A DNA stretch of 64,000 nt from an uncultured Verrucomicrobiae bacterium (GTDB taxonomy: Bacteria; Verrucomicrobiota; Verrucomicrobiia; Limisphaerales; DASXHY01): contig OY969416.1 in the NCBI GenBank assembly GCA_963699145.1, positions 1,246,456 through 1,310,455 on the forward strand, in the 5' to 3' direction. A model generated the notes under the pieces. The model was not told the origin of the DNA, did no database searches, and saw only the letters and a program-made list of their open reading frames with translations. Shown one piece after another: positions 8,199 through 17,367 of the stretch. Every line of letters begins with the position of its first letter. Positions within the stretch are counted from its first letter, which is position 1. A program made the translations under genes and the position numbers.

Positions 8199-8467
8199 GG
8201 GCTGACGCATCTAAATTGCAGAAAAGTTTTCCCGCAATATTTTTTGGCTCGACAGTAAACTGATTCGGTTTAAAATTTGAACTACCCAATTTAGCCAGTA
8301 GAAATTGGGTAGTTCATTTTCAGAATCGTGTTTTTATTTTCAGTCCTCCTTGCGAGTAAGCTGTGAACTTGAAGCAGACATCCCCTTATGCTTCCCGTCT
8401 TTTGAATGCCGTGGAACTGAATCCCTCGTTTTCTTTTCAGAACTCTTGATTTTAGATGGGTCAGCCC
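8199..8467. mobile_element. MITE-like element, family 1, copy B
   Basis: TIRs gggctgacgcatctaaat ... atttagatgggtcagccc. Most internal positions are identical to copy C (34144-34421). Internal 14-bp perfect hairpin at 8279-8315. Confidence 0.8.
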
Positions 8468-8535
8468 TGCAATCAGATCGTCTGCCATTTACCAGATTTG
8501 CATTTTCCCTTCCATTGGCTAATGCTGTTTAACTC

Positions 8536-9219
8536 ATGGCCACCAACGGCAACATCGTCAGCATCCGCAATCTCTCGAAGCTTTATGCGCAGGGGGAAAT
8601 TCAGGTCACGGCGCTCGACAAAATCTCGCTCGACATCGCGGCGGGGGAATTTCTCACGCTCATGGGGCCGTCCGGTTCCGGCAAATCCACGTTGCTGCAC
8701 ATCCTGGCGGGCATCGATCGCCCGACCAGCGGCGAGTGTCATGTGCAAGGCGTCGATGTCACGAAGTTGAATGAATCGCAACTCGCGGACTGGCGCAATC
8801 ACAACGTCGGGTTCGTTTTTCAGACGTTCAACCTGTTGCCGGTGCTGACGGCTTACGAAAATGTGGAACTGCCCTTGTTGCTGACGCGCTTGAACCGCAG
8901 CCAGCGCCGGCGCCAGGTGGAAATTGCGCTGGAACTGGTCGGGCTCGCCGATCGCATGCGCCATTTGCCCAAGCAACTTTCCGGCGGACAGGAGCAACGC
9001 GTGGCCATCGCCCGCGCGCTGGTGACCGATCCGAAATTGATTGTTGCCGACGAGCCGACTGGCAATCTCGATTCGCATTCCGCCACGGAAGTGCTCGGCG
9101 TGCTGCGTTCGCTCAGCCAGGAATCGGGCAAAACGGTCATCATGGTGACGCATGATCCGAAGGCGGCGGCGTTTGGGACGCGGACGATTCATTTGGAGAA
9201 AGGGGAATTGTCGAAATGA
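8536..9219 (+). CDS. ABC transporter ATP-binding protein (MacB/LolD/FtsE type)
   Basis: Walker [11 protein letters not shown]-loop, signature LSGGQEQR, Walker [14 protein letters not shown]-loop VTHD. Confidence 0.92.
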   Translation: MATNGNIVSIRNLSKLYAQGEIQVTALDKISLDIAAGEFLTLMGPSGSGKSTLLHILAGIDRPTSGECHVQGVDVTKLNESQLADWRNHNVGFVFQTFNLLPVLTAYENVELPLLLTRLNRSQRRRQVEIALELVGLADRMRHLPKQLSGGQEQRVAIARALVTDPKLIVADEPTGNLDSHSATEVLGVLRSLSQESGKTVIMVTHDPKAAAFGTRTIHLEKGELSK

Positions 9220-9226
9220 GAAGCGC

Positions 9227-9326
9227 GTTAAATCAGTTAAATCAGTTAAATGAGTTAAATGAGTGGGGCACGGCCGCCGCTTTTTGCACTCATTTAACCC
9301 GTTTAACCAATTACCTATTTAACTAA
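9227..9326. repeat. Intergenic hairpin with nonamer-repeat arms (ttaaatcag/ttaaatgag x4)
   Basis: ttaaatcag ttaaatcag ttaaatgag ttaaatgag, then a GC-rich loop, then ctcatttaacccgtttaacc...tatttaac. It fills almost the whole spacer between the ATPase and permease genes. Confidence 0.8.
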
Positions 9327-9330
9327 TCCA

Positions 9331-10473
9331 ATGACCCTCGGCACGTTCATCATCAAAAATGCGCTCCGAAACAAGCGCCGCGCGACGCTTTCGATTTTGA
9401 GCGTCGCGGTCAGTTTGTTTTTGCTGGTGCTCTTGCTGGTGGCGCTGCGGGAAATCACGCTGCCGGTGGAAGGCGCGGGCGCGGAATTGCGCGTGGCGGT
9501 GCGCAACAAAATCTCCATCGCAAATCTGCTCCCGGCAAAACAATTGCCCGTCATCGAAAAAATTCCCGGCGTGGAAGCGGTGACGCCGTTCACCTGGTTT
9601 GGCGGCAAATACAAGGGCGAGCAGGCGACCTTTGCGCAATTTGCGATCGATCCCAAGGCCATGCGCGGTGTTTTCACGGAATTAAAAATGGCGCCGGAGA
9701 ATTATGCAGCATTTGAAAGTGAACGCGACGCCTGCGTCCTCGGCAAAATCACGGCGGACAAATATAAGTTGAAAGTCGGCGACAAAATCACGCTCGAGAG
9801 CACGATTTATCCCGCGACCATGGATTTCAAAATCGCCGGCATTTACGCCGGCACGCCGGACGATCGCAACATGTTGTTCCGCCAGGATTATCTCGATGAA
9901 GCCGGCGGATTGGATGGCCAGGTCGGCATGTGGTGGCTCAAGGTGGATTCAGCGCAGGACATGCCGCGGGTCATTGCGGCTATCGACAAGGCGTTTGAAA
10001 ACACGAGCGCCGAAGTGCGGGCGGAAAGCGAGCGCGCGTTTCAACTCAGCTTCATTTCCATGTGGGGCAACATCAAGCTGCTGGTGGGATTGATCTGCAG
10101 CGCGGTCATTTTCACGTTGCTGCTCGTCAGCGCCAGCACGATGAGCATGGCCGTGCGCGAACGTTTTCGCGAACTCGCCATTTTGAAGGCCATCGGTTTT
10201 CGCCGTCGCGAATTGTTTGCGTTCATTCTGGCGGAAAGTTTCGGGCTGGCGGCGGCCGGGGCGTTGATTGGCGTGGGCGGCGCGTATGTATTGTTCACTT
10301 ACGGCGACGTCGGGAAGATGACAAACGGCTACTTCCCATCCTTTGAAGTGACTTCACGAATCATTGGCATTAGCGCCCTGGTCGCGGCGTTGCTCGGCAT
10401 CGTGGCGAGCATTATGCCGGCGATTGCGGTGGCGAAGATGAGTGTGACGGAAGGGCTCAAGACTCTGGACTAA
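9331..10473 (+). CDS. ABC transporter permease, FtsX/MacB-like (LolC/E-like)
   Basis: 380 aa with an N-terminal TM, a large periplasmic domain and a C-terminal FtsX-type 3-TM bundle (RERFRELAILKAIGFRRREL...). Confidence 0.88.
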   Translation: MTLGTFIIKNALRNKRRATLSILSVAVSLFLLVLLLVALREITLPVEGAGAELRVAVRNKISIANLLPAKQLPVIEKIPGVEAVTPFTWFGGKYKGEQATFAQFAIDPKAMRGVFTELKMAPENYAAFESERDACVLGKITADKYKLKVGDKITLESTIYPATMDFKIAGIYAGTPDDRNMLFRQDYLDEAGGLDGQVGMWWLKVDSAQDMPRVIAAIDKAFENTSAEVRAESERAFQLSFISMWGNIKLLVGLICSAVIFTLLLVSASTMSMAVRERFRELAILKAIGFRRRELFAFILAESFGLAAAGALIGVGGAYVLFTYGDVGKMTNGYFPSFEVTSRIIGISALVAALLGIVASIMPAIAVAKMSVTEGLKTLD

Positions 10474-10492
10474 ATGATCACCGATTCATGAA

Positions 10493-10625
10493 AGCTCCAA
10501 GCACCAACATCCAAGCTCCAGAAAAGCTGCAAGATCCAAATTCCAAACGGGAGCTTGGGCGCACGCGGTTTGGTGCTGGGTGTTTGAAGTTTCTCTGGAG
10601 CTTGGAGCTTGGGATTTGGAGCTTC
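10493..10625. repeat. Intergenic hairpin with heptamer-periodic arms (ctccaag type)
   Basis: ctccaag caccaac atccaag ctccaga ... ggagctt ggagctt gggattt ggagctt. Same family as 4218-4319. It lies between the two permease genes. Confidence 0.8.
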
Positions 10626-10630
10626 TCTCG

Positions 10631-11896
10631 ATGAATCCTCTCGTCATCGTTCTCGGCTTATTTTGCCTAGTTTTTATCGGCTACCTCGTGTGGCTGCTGT
10701 GGGCGGCGGTCACGTCACCGATTCCGTTGCCGTATAATTTCAAAAGCGTTTTTGTCCGCTGGCGCTCGACGGCGGCGACCATTCTCGGCATCGCGCTCGT
10801 GGTCACGGTGTTCATTCTCCTGAACGCCATGGCGGCGGGGTTGGAAAAATCCAGCGCCAACACCGGCGACCCGCGCAACGTAATGATCGTGCGCAAAGGT
10901 TCCACCGCAGAATCCAGCAGCGTCATCACGCTCGAGCAATTCAAACTGATTCAATACCTGCCGCAGATTGCGCGCGATCCGAAGGGCCAGCCCATCATCT
11001 CCGCCGATCTCGCCGTCATCATCAGCCTGCCGCGCCGCGACGGCACCGGGGAGGCGAATGTCACCATGCGCGGCGTGACGCCGATGGGCAAGGCGCTGCG
11101 TCCGCAGGTGAAACTCGTCAGCGGGCGCTGGTTTGTGCCGGGCAAACGCGAAGCGGCGATCAGTGTGAAAATGGCGCGGCGTTTTGCGGAGACGGACATC
11201 GGCCAAAAATTCAAGACCGGCGGGAAGGAATTGACGGTGGTGGGCTGGTTCGATGCCGGCGACAGCGCGTTCGATTCCGAAATGTGGATGGATGCCGACG
11301 AAGCGCGGTCGATATTCGATCGCGAGAATTACAGCAGCATGCTCGCGCGCCTGGCGAATACGAACGACATCGCTTCGTTTACCAACCGATTGGAAACGGA
11401 AAAGCGCATGGCGTTGCGCGCGGATTTTGAGACCAGATATTACATGGAGCAAACGAGCACGGCGGGGCCGATCAAATTTCTGGGTTGGTTTTTGGCCGTC
11501 GCGATGTCCATCGGCGCTGTGATCGCTGCTATGAACACGATGTATGCCGCCATCGGCGCGCGGACGCGCGAGATTGGCACGTTGCGCGTGCTGGGTTTTC
11601 GTCGGCGCGTGATTTTGGCCAGCTTCAACCTGGAAGGCGCGATTCTCGCGGGCATCGGCGGTGCGCTGGGCTGCGGACTGGCGCTGCTGACGCAATGGTT
11701 TTGCACGGCGTTCAACGTGCATTTTGGAACGCTCAGCTTCAACACGTTCAGCGAAGTGATTTTTCAATTCCGCGTCACGCCAGTATTGCTGATGGAAGGC
11801 ATGGTTTTCGCCGTTGTCGTCGGCATTATCGGGAGTTTTTTCCCCGCCGTCCGCGCGGCGCGATTGCCGGTGATTGCCGCCCTGAAAGCGGTTTGA
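10631..11896 (+). CDS. ABC transporter permease, FtsX/MacB-like (second permease)
   Basis: I chose the ATG at 10631 (MNPLVIVLGLF...) because the track start at 10580 lies inside the repeat. C-terminal FtsX motif RTREIGTLRVLGFRRRVI. Confidence 0.85.
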   Translation: MNPLVIVLGLFCLVFIGYLVWLLWAAVTSPIPLPYNFKSVFVRWRSTAATILGIALVVTVFILLNAMAAGLEKSSANTGDPRNVMIVRKGSTAESSSVITLEQFKLIQYLPQIARDPKGQPIISADLAVIISLPRRDGTGEANVTMRGVTPMGKALRPQVKLVSGRWFVPGKREAAISVKMARRFAETDIGQKFKTGGKELTVVGWFDAGDSAFDSEMWMDADEARSIFDRENYSSMLARLANTNDIASFTNRLETEKRMALRADFETRYYMEQTSTAGPIKFLGWFLAVAMSIGAVIAAMNTMYAAIGARTREIGTLRVLGFRRRVILASFNLEGAILAGIGGALGCGLALLTQWFCTAFNVHFGTLSFNTFSEVIFQFRVTPVLLMEGMVFAVVVGIIGSFFPAVRAARLPVIAALKAV

Positions 11897-11920
11897 TTCG
11901 GCGACGTCGACTGGAATATT

Positions 11921-12012
11921 TCTCAAAAAAACTCCGAAAAGGTGGCGAATTCTGCCGGGATTCGTGGCAAACCCGCAGGTTTGCCCCACCTTTTTGGAAA
12001 TTTCTTTTGAGA
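11921..12012. repeat. Long hairpin repeat with ggcaaacccgcaggtttgcc core (family 6)
   Basis: The arms tctcaaaaaaactccgaaaaggtgg / ccacctttttggaaatttcttttgaga enclose the core hairpin. The same core and inner arms occur at 20782-20895. Confidence 0.75.
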
Positions 12013-12016
12013 AATA

Positions 12017-12213
12017 CTATAGCGATTGCCAAAACAAATTTCCGGATAGAAGGCTGAAGCTTCGCCCCCTGAACCCTGAACACCACCTCTCCCCAACCCT
12101 CTCCCCCATTTCATGGCGGAGAGGGAGACGGATGACTGTGGATGGTCCGAACGCTTCACGGGGTTCTCGACTGAGACGTTCTTTTCGGAAATCTATTTTA
12201 GCAATCGCTATAG
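12017..12213. mobile_element. MITE-like element, family 5 (197 bp; TIR ctatagcgattgccaaaac...)
   Basis: TIRs ctatagcgattgccaaaacaaatttccgga / tcggaaatctattttagcaatcgctatag. The interior contains the tccccaaccctctcccc...ggagagggagacgg hairpin. Related units at 17408-17885. Confidence 0.7.
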
Positions 12214-12293
12214 AGGGGCGACGGGATATGGGGAAAACACCCACCTTTTCCCAAAAAAGATTTCTAGGAGATTGTGTGTGAATCATTTGACGC

Positions 12294-12785
12294 ATGCAGC
12301 AGAAGTTTTATCCGGTCCATATTCTTCCGAGCCAGTGTCCGCCCCGGACGGATACGTTATTGCTGGTGGAGGACAATCCGGACGACGTTTTTCTGATGCG
12401 CCGCGCGCTGAGGAAGAGCGGGCTCGAAATGCCCGTGCAGATCGTGACCGACGGGAAGCAGGCGGTGGATTATCTGAGCGGCTCGGGGCCTTACGGCGAC
12501 CGCCAGCAATTTCCCCGGCCCGCCTGGGTGTTTCTCGATTTGAAACTGCCTTATTTCAACGGCTTTGAAGTGCTGCGATGGATTCGCAGCGACGTAATGA
12601 ATCAGCATCTCGAGGTGATTATTCTTACCTCGTCCCCCGAGGAACGGGATAAGGAAACGGCCGCTCATCTGGGCGCCAAAGCTTACCTGGTGAAGCCTCC
12701 CACGCCGGAATCATTGCTCGAGGTATTCAACCAATTTCATCCTCTGGCGCAAATGCCCTCGATTTCTCAATACGCGGGCGCCTGA
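12294..12785 (+). CDS. Single-domain response regulator (CheY-like receiver)
   Basis: LLLVEDNPDDVFL...VFLDLKLPYFNGFEVL...LTSS...AKAYLVKP gives the acidic pocket, phospho-acceptor Asp, Thr/Ser and Lys of a receiver domain. Confidence 0.88.
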   Translation: MQQKFYPVHILPSQCPPRTDTLLLVEDNPDDVFLMRRALRKSGLEMPVQIVTDGKQAVDYLSGSGPYGDRQQFPRPAWVFLDLKLPYFNGFEVLRWIRSDVMNQHLEVIILTSSPEERDKETAAHLGAKAYLVKPPTPESLLEVFNQFHPLAQMPSISQYAGA

Positions 12786-12804
12786 TTTTAGAGCGTTTCC
12801 ATAA

Positions 12805-12953
12805 ATGCTGTAGCGGTGTGTTGTTGGTGGTGTGGACAGCGGTCTTTTTGATTTTTGGCTTCGTTTCGGCTCAGTCACAGGGTTTATCAAACCTGCTCCT
12901 TCGCCGAAGCCTTGCCAAAAATCAAAAATCCTCGCTGCACACCGCTACATCAT
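12805..12953. repeat. ~150-bp imperfect inverted repeat (hairpin element)
   Basis: atgctgtagcggtgtg...tttttgatttttggcttcg pairs with cgaagccttgccaaaaatcaaaaa...cacaccgctacatcat. It lies between the receiver gene and the giant kinase gene. Confidence 0.7.
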
Positions 12954-13062
12954 TTCTGTCAACTCTCTAGGGTCAAATCCGGCCGCTTTTTAGATTGGGG
13001 GAATCACCCCGTAGGCAGGATAACTTCACGTTTAGTAAATAATTCGCGTCAATTCACCACTC

Positions 13063-16000
13063 GTGAGAACTGGAACAAAACGGCCCGCCGCTGTGAAACC
13101 CGCGAATAAGATCGTCGGCATCGGCGCGTCTGCGGGAGGGCTTGAGGCATTCACCGAATTGCTGCGCAGCCTGCCGCTGGATGCGAACGTTGCGTACGTG
13201 CTCGTGCAGCACCTTGACCCCAGCCACCGCAGTCTCCTCTCGGAACTGCTCGCCAAAACCACCGCCTTGCGCGTGCGCGAAATCATCGACCACACCCCGG
13301 TGGAAGCCAACCAGATTTACGTCATCCCGCCGAATTGCGACCTGGCGATCACCAACCGCGTTTTGAAGCTGTCGCCGCGCGAAAAGACCGGCGGCGCGGC
13401 GCGGTCCATTGATAATTTTCTGACCTCGCTCGCGGCGGACCAGAAGGAGAACGCCATCGCGGTCATTCTTTCGGGCGCCGGCTCGGATGGCGCCCAAGGG
13501 TTGCGCGCGGTGAAGGAAGCGGGCGGCGTTACTTTCGCGCAGGATGATCGCAGCGCCAAATACGACAGCATGCCGCGGGCGGCGGTGGCGACGGGGTGCG
13601 TGGATTTCGTGCTCGCCCCGCCGGACATCGCGAAGGAACTGACGCGCGTGATCCTGACACCGGGCAAGATTCGCACCCGGGCGGCCGCGAATGCCAAACG
13701 GCGCCGCAGCGGCAACGGCAGCCGGGTTCGGTTTGGGCGCTCGGCGAGTTCTCCGTTGCCCGCCAATTGGCCGGCCGCGCCCGAAGACCCGAACATGCGC
13801 CGGGTATTTCAATTGTTGCGCGCCAAGACCGGCTTGGATTTCACGTTCTACAAAACCAACACCATCCGCCGGCGGATGGCGCGGAGGTTGGCGTTGTGCA
13901 AAGTCAAGGAGCTGGAGGATTACATCAAAATTCTCCGGCATCATCCGACCGAACTGGACGCGTTGCACCAGGATTTGTTGATCAACGTCACGAGCTTTTT
14001 CCGGAACCCGTCGGTATTCGAGGCGCTCAAGAAAAAGATTTTTCCCAAGCTCGTCAAAAATATGACGGGTGCGGACTCGCTGCGCATCTGGGTGGCGGGC
14101 TGTTCCACCGGCCAGGAGGCTTACTCGCTGGCGATGGCGTATGCGGAATTCGCCGAGAAGGCCGAGGACAGCGTGCCGATCCAGATTTTTGCAAGCGATG
14201 TCAACGGCGCCGTGCTGGAAACCGCCCGTGCCGGTTGCTACAGCAAGGCCGATGTGAGCATGGTCGGCAGCGCGCGGCTGCAAAAGTTTTTCACGCTGGA
14301 AGACGGCCGGTATCGTGTCCACAAATCCATCCGCGACCTGGTCATCTTCGCGCAGCACAACCTCGTGCAGGACCCGCCGTTCACGCGCGTGGATTTAATC
14401 ACCTGCCGCAACATGCTGATTTATTTCGAATCGGCCCTGCAGCAGAAGATAATTCCCGCGTTTCATTACGCGCTGAAACCGGAGGGTTTCCTGGTGCTCG
14501 GCTCCTCGGAATCGGTGGGCCAATTCCACAACCTTTTCAATACCGTCGAGAAAACGCAGCGCATCTACTCCAAGAAAGCGGCTTCCAACTGGCCGCGTTT
14601 CGACCGGCCGCCCGCGCTGTTGCCGGGCCGGAAAGGCTCGTCCAATTCTGTGGCGCAAATCGTGGAAGTCGGCCCTTCCGAAATGCAAAAGGAGGCGGAT
14701 CGGCTGGTGTTGCAGAAATATTCCCCGCCCGGCGTGCTCATCAATGGGGATGGCGAAGTGCTGCAATTCCGCGGCGACATGGCGAATTACCTGAAGCTGC
14801 CCACGGGCAAGGCAACCTTCCAGATCCTGAAAATGGCGAAGGACAGCCTGGCCGTTGTCCTGGAACGCGCCATCACCAAGGCCAAGCGCGAGAACCGGAT
14901 CGTCCGCGAGAAAAACGTGCGCATCGATACCCGCCGCGGGCGCGTCGACATCGAAGTGGTGCCGCTGAAATTGAGAGCGCAATCCTATCTCGTGCTCTTC
15001 GAAAAGAGCGAGACTCGCCATGCGCCCAGCCTCCCGGCGGGGTCGCGCAAAAGCGTGCGCGCCGGCGATGAATCCCGGCAATTGGTTGAATTAAGACAGG
15101 AACTCACCTCTACGCGCGATCACCTGCATTCCTTGCAGGAGGAGCACGACACCTCGATCGAGGAATTGCAAGCTTCCAACGAGGAAGTCCAGTCCGCGAA
15201 CGAGGAATTACAAAGCCTCAACGAGGAACTCGAGACCTCCAACGAAGAACTCGAATCCGCGAACGAGGAATTGACCACGCTCAACGAGGAGTTGGCCACG
15301 CGCAATTCCGAGTTGCGGGAGAGCGAATTGCGGTTGCGCGAGCAGGCGCAATTGCTGGAGATGGCGCCGTTGCTGGCGCGCTCCGCGAAGGACCGGATCG
15401 TCCTCTGGAGCCGCGGCGCGGAGGAGATGTACGGCTACACGGCGGAGGAAGCCATTGGCCAGACTGCGCACATCCTGCTGGATACTCAAACACCGGAGCC
15501 GCTGCCGAAAATCCAGGCCCGGCTGCAATCAGCGGGCCATTGGGAGGGAGAAGTCAGGCACCGGCGCAAGGATGGGCAGGTATTGCACGTCGCAACGCAA
15601 TGGGTCGTGCAGCACGATGAGCATAAACGCATCCGCGCCATTCTCGAGGTCAACACGGACATCACCGAACGCAAGGCCGCGGAAAGAGCCCTGGCCGAAA
15701 GCGAGGAGTTCAATCGCACGATCCTCGAGAGCAGTCCTGATTGCATCAAGGTGCTCGATCTGGATGGCCGCGTGATTTACGTCAACCCGTCCGGTCGGAA
15801 GTTGCTGGAAACGGGCGATGCGGAATTGCGCGCGAAACCTTACTGGCCCGGAGTGTGGGAGGGCGATGCGCGTGAAGCCGCGGAAAAAGTGTATCGCGCC
15901 GCGCTGGCGGGCAAGAGCGGGCGCTTTGTGGGTTTTCGCACGACGCCGCGCGGCACGCCGAAATGGTGGGATGTGGTGGTGCGGCCGATTGCCGGCGCGA

Positions 16001-17367
16001 AAGGGCAGATCGATCGTTTGCTCGCCGTGTTGCGCGACGTCACCGAGCATCGTGCCGACCAGGAAATGACTGCCGAACGGGCGCGGATGGCGCAATTGCG
16101 CGCGGAGGTTGCCCTGGAAACGACCAACGAGGGCACGATGTCCACGATTTTGCAACGGGTGTCCGAGGGGTTGCTCAAATTCCTGAATCTCGCGCAAGTC
16201 CGGGTCTGGGTGTTGGAACCCGGTTCCGATACGCTCGTGCTGCGCTCCAGCGCGGGCATTTACACCAACCTCGACGGTCCGGAAACGCGCATTCCGCTGG
16301 GTTTTTCCACCATCGGACGGGTTGCGGAACGCCGCAAAATATCCATCGACAACAATGTTCAGAACGATGGCGAAAGCGCGGATGCCGAGTGGTTGAAGAT
16401 TGAGCGAGTCACGAGTTTTGGCGCCTATCCGCTGCAAATCGCGGACCGTGTTGTGGGCGTGCTCGCGGTTTATGGACGCCAATCCGTTTCCGAATTGGCC
16501 GGCAGTGAACTCGCGCTGGCGGGCAAGGCGCTGGCGCAATTCATCAACCGCAAGCAGGGTGAGGAAAAGCTCCAGCAGGCGCAGGAGGAATTGAGCAGTT
16601 ATACCGGCAAGCTGGAAAAATTGACGGAAGAGAGAACCTCGTCGTTGCGCGAAGTGGTGCAGCAAATGGAGGAGTTTTCCTACACGATTTCACACGACTT
16701 GCGGGCGCCCATCCGCGCGATGCAGGGCTACGCGAACGCGTTGCTTGAGGATTACGGCGAGAAGCTGGACCAGGACGGACGCGAATACCTGGAGCGCATC
16801 GCGCGCAGTGGCAATCGCATGGACCGCATGATCCGCGAGGTGCTCACCTACAGCCGGCTCGCGCGGTGCGAAATCGTCGTGCAACCGGTCTCGTTGGATT
16901 CGCTGGTGCGGGAAATTGTGCAGCAATATCCCGGCATCCAGGCTTCCGGCAGCGAGATTGAAATTGCTGAGCAACTGGAAAGCGTCATCGGGCATGAACC
17001 CTCACTGACGCAGGTCATTTCAAATCTCTTGAGCAACGCGTGCAAATTCGTGCAGCCGCACACCGCGCCGCATTGCAAGGTTTGGACTGAGCGCAGCAAC
17101 GGCCACGTGCGGCTCTTCATCCGCGACAACGGCATCGGCATCAAGCCCGAGCATCAGCACCGGTTGTTTGGCATGTTCGAGCGCATCCATCCCGAGAGCC
17201 AGTATGAGGGCACGGGCATTGGCCTGGCGATCGTGCGCAAAGCGATGGAACGCATGGGCGGGCAGGTCGGCGTTGAATCTGACGGGAAAAACGGCAGCCA
17301 GTTTTGGATTCAATTGCCGGCGGCGAAAGAAGAGGCGCAAAAGTCCGGCGGCCTGAGCACGAATTGA
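13063..17367 (+). CDS. CheB-methylesterase / CheR-methyltransferase / coiled-coil / PAS x2 / GAF / histidine kinase fusion protein
   Basis: 1434 aa. CheB-like GIGASAGGLEAF...ILSGAGSDG. CheR-like FFRNP...RIWVAGCSTGQEAYSLAM. A SNEELQS-type heptad coiled coil. PAS blocks. H-box FSYTISHDLRAP. HATPase DNGIGI...GTGIGLAI. Confidence 0.9.
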   Translation: MRTGTKRPAAVKPANKIVGIGASAGGLEAFTELLRSLPLDANVAYVLVQHLDPSHRSLLSELLAKTTALRVREIIDHTPVEANQIYVIPPNCDLAITNRVLKLSPREKTGGAARSIDNFLTSLAADQKENAIAVILSGAGSDGAQGLRAVKEAGGVTFAQDDRSAKYDSMPRAAVATGCVDFVLAPPDIAKELTRVILTPGKIRTRAAANAKRRRSGNGSRVRFGRSASSPLPANWPAAPEDPNMRRVFQLLRAKTGLDFTFYKTNTIRRRMARRLALCKVKELEDYIKILRHHPTELDALHQDLLINVTSFFRNPSVFEALKKKIFPKLVKNMTGADSLRIWVAGCSTGQEAYSLAMAYAEFAEKAEDSVPIQIFASDVNGAVLETARAGCYSKADVSMVGSARLQKFFTLEDGRYRVHKSIRDLVIFAQHNLVQDPPFTRVDLITCRNMLIYFESALQQKIIPAFHYALKPEGFLVLGSSESVGQFHNLFNTVEKTQRIYSKKAASNWPRFDRPPALLPGRKGSSNSVAQIVEVGPSEMQKEADRLVLQKYSPPGVLINGDGEVLQFRGDMANYLKLPTGKATFQILKMAKDSLAVVLERAITKAKRENRIVREKNVRIDTRRGRVDIEVVPLKLRAQSYLVLFEKSETRHAPSLPAGSRKSVRAGDESRQLVELRQELTSTRDHLHSLQEEHDTSIEELQASNEEVQSANEELQSLNEELETSNEELESANEELTTLNEELATRNSELRESELRLREQAQLLEMAPLLARSAKDRIVLWSRGAEEMYGYTAEEAIGQTAHILLDTQTPEPLPKIQARLQSAGHWEGEVRHRRKDGQVLHVATQWVVQHDEHKRIRAILEVNTDITERKAAERALAESEEFNRTILESSPDCIKVLDLDGRVIYVNPSGRKLLETGDAELRAKPYWPGVWEGDAREAAEKVYRAALAGKSGRFVGFRTTPRGTPKWWDVVVRPIAGAKGQIDRLLAVLRDVTEHRADQEMTAERARMAQLRAEVALETTNEGTMSTILQRVSEGLLKFLNLAQVRVWVLEPGSDTLVLRSSAGIYTNLDGPETRIPLGFSTIGRVAERRKISIDNNVQNDGESADAEWLKIERVTSFGAYPLQIADRVVGVLAVYGRQSVSELAGSELALAGKALAQFINRKQGEEKLQQAQEELSSYTGKLEKLTEERTSSLREVVQQMEEFSYTISHDLRAPIRAMQGYANALLEDYGEKLDQDGREYLERIARSGNRMDRMIREVLTYSRLARCEIVVQPVSLDSLVREIVQQYPGIQASGSEIEIAEQLESVIGHEPSLTQVISNLLSNACKFVQPHTAPHCKVWTERSNGHVRLFIRDNGIGIKPEHQHRLFGMFERIHPESQYEGTGIGLAIVRKAMERMGGQVGVESDGKNGSQFWIQLPAAKEEAQKSGGLSTN

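Noticed and set aside
10580-10630. Track start codon of the second permease (MFEVSLELGAWDLELLS...).
   Set aside because: These codons are the right arm of the heptamer hairpin. The ATG at 10631 is followed immediately by a typical TM helix.
10715-11989. Long antisense ORFs opposite well-supported genes. Examples: 10715-11989 (424 aa), 13054-14358, 15529-16665, 18608-19855, 20065-21468, 30146-31462, 37955-39286, 55748-56701 and 6187-7059.
   Set aside because: Their translations are Arg/Ala/His/Gly-rich low-complexity sequence with no motifs, and each lies opposite a gene with clear family signatures. Stop-poor shadow frames like these are expected in GC-rich DNA.
15120-15305. Apparent 21-bp-periodic tandem repeat (aacgaggaa...).
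   Set aside because: It encodes the SNEELQS/ANEELES heptad coiled coil of the CheB-CheR fusion protein. This is a conserved coding feature, not a non-coding repeat or an array.
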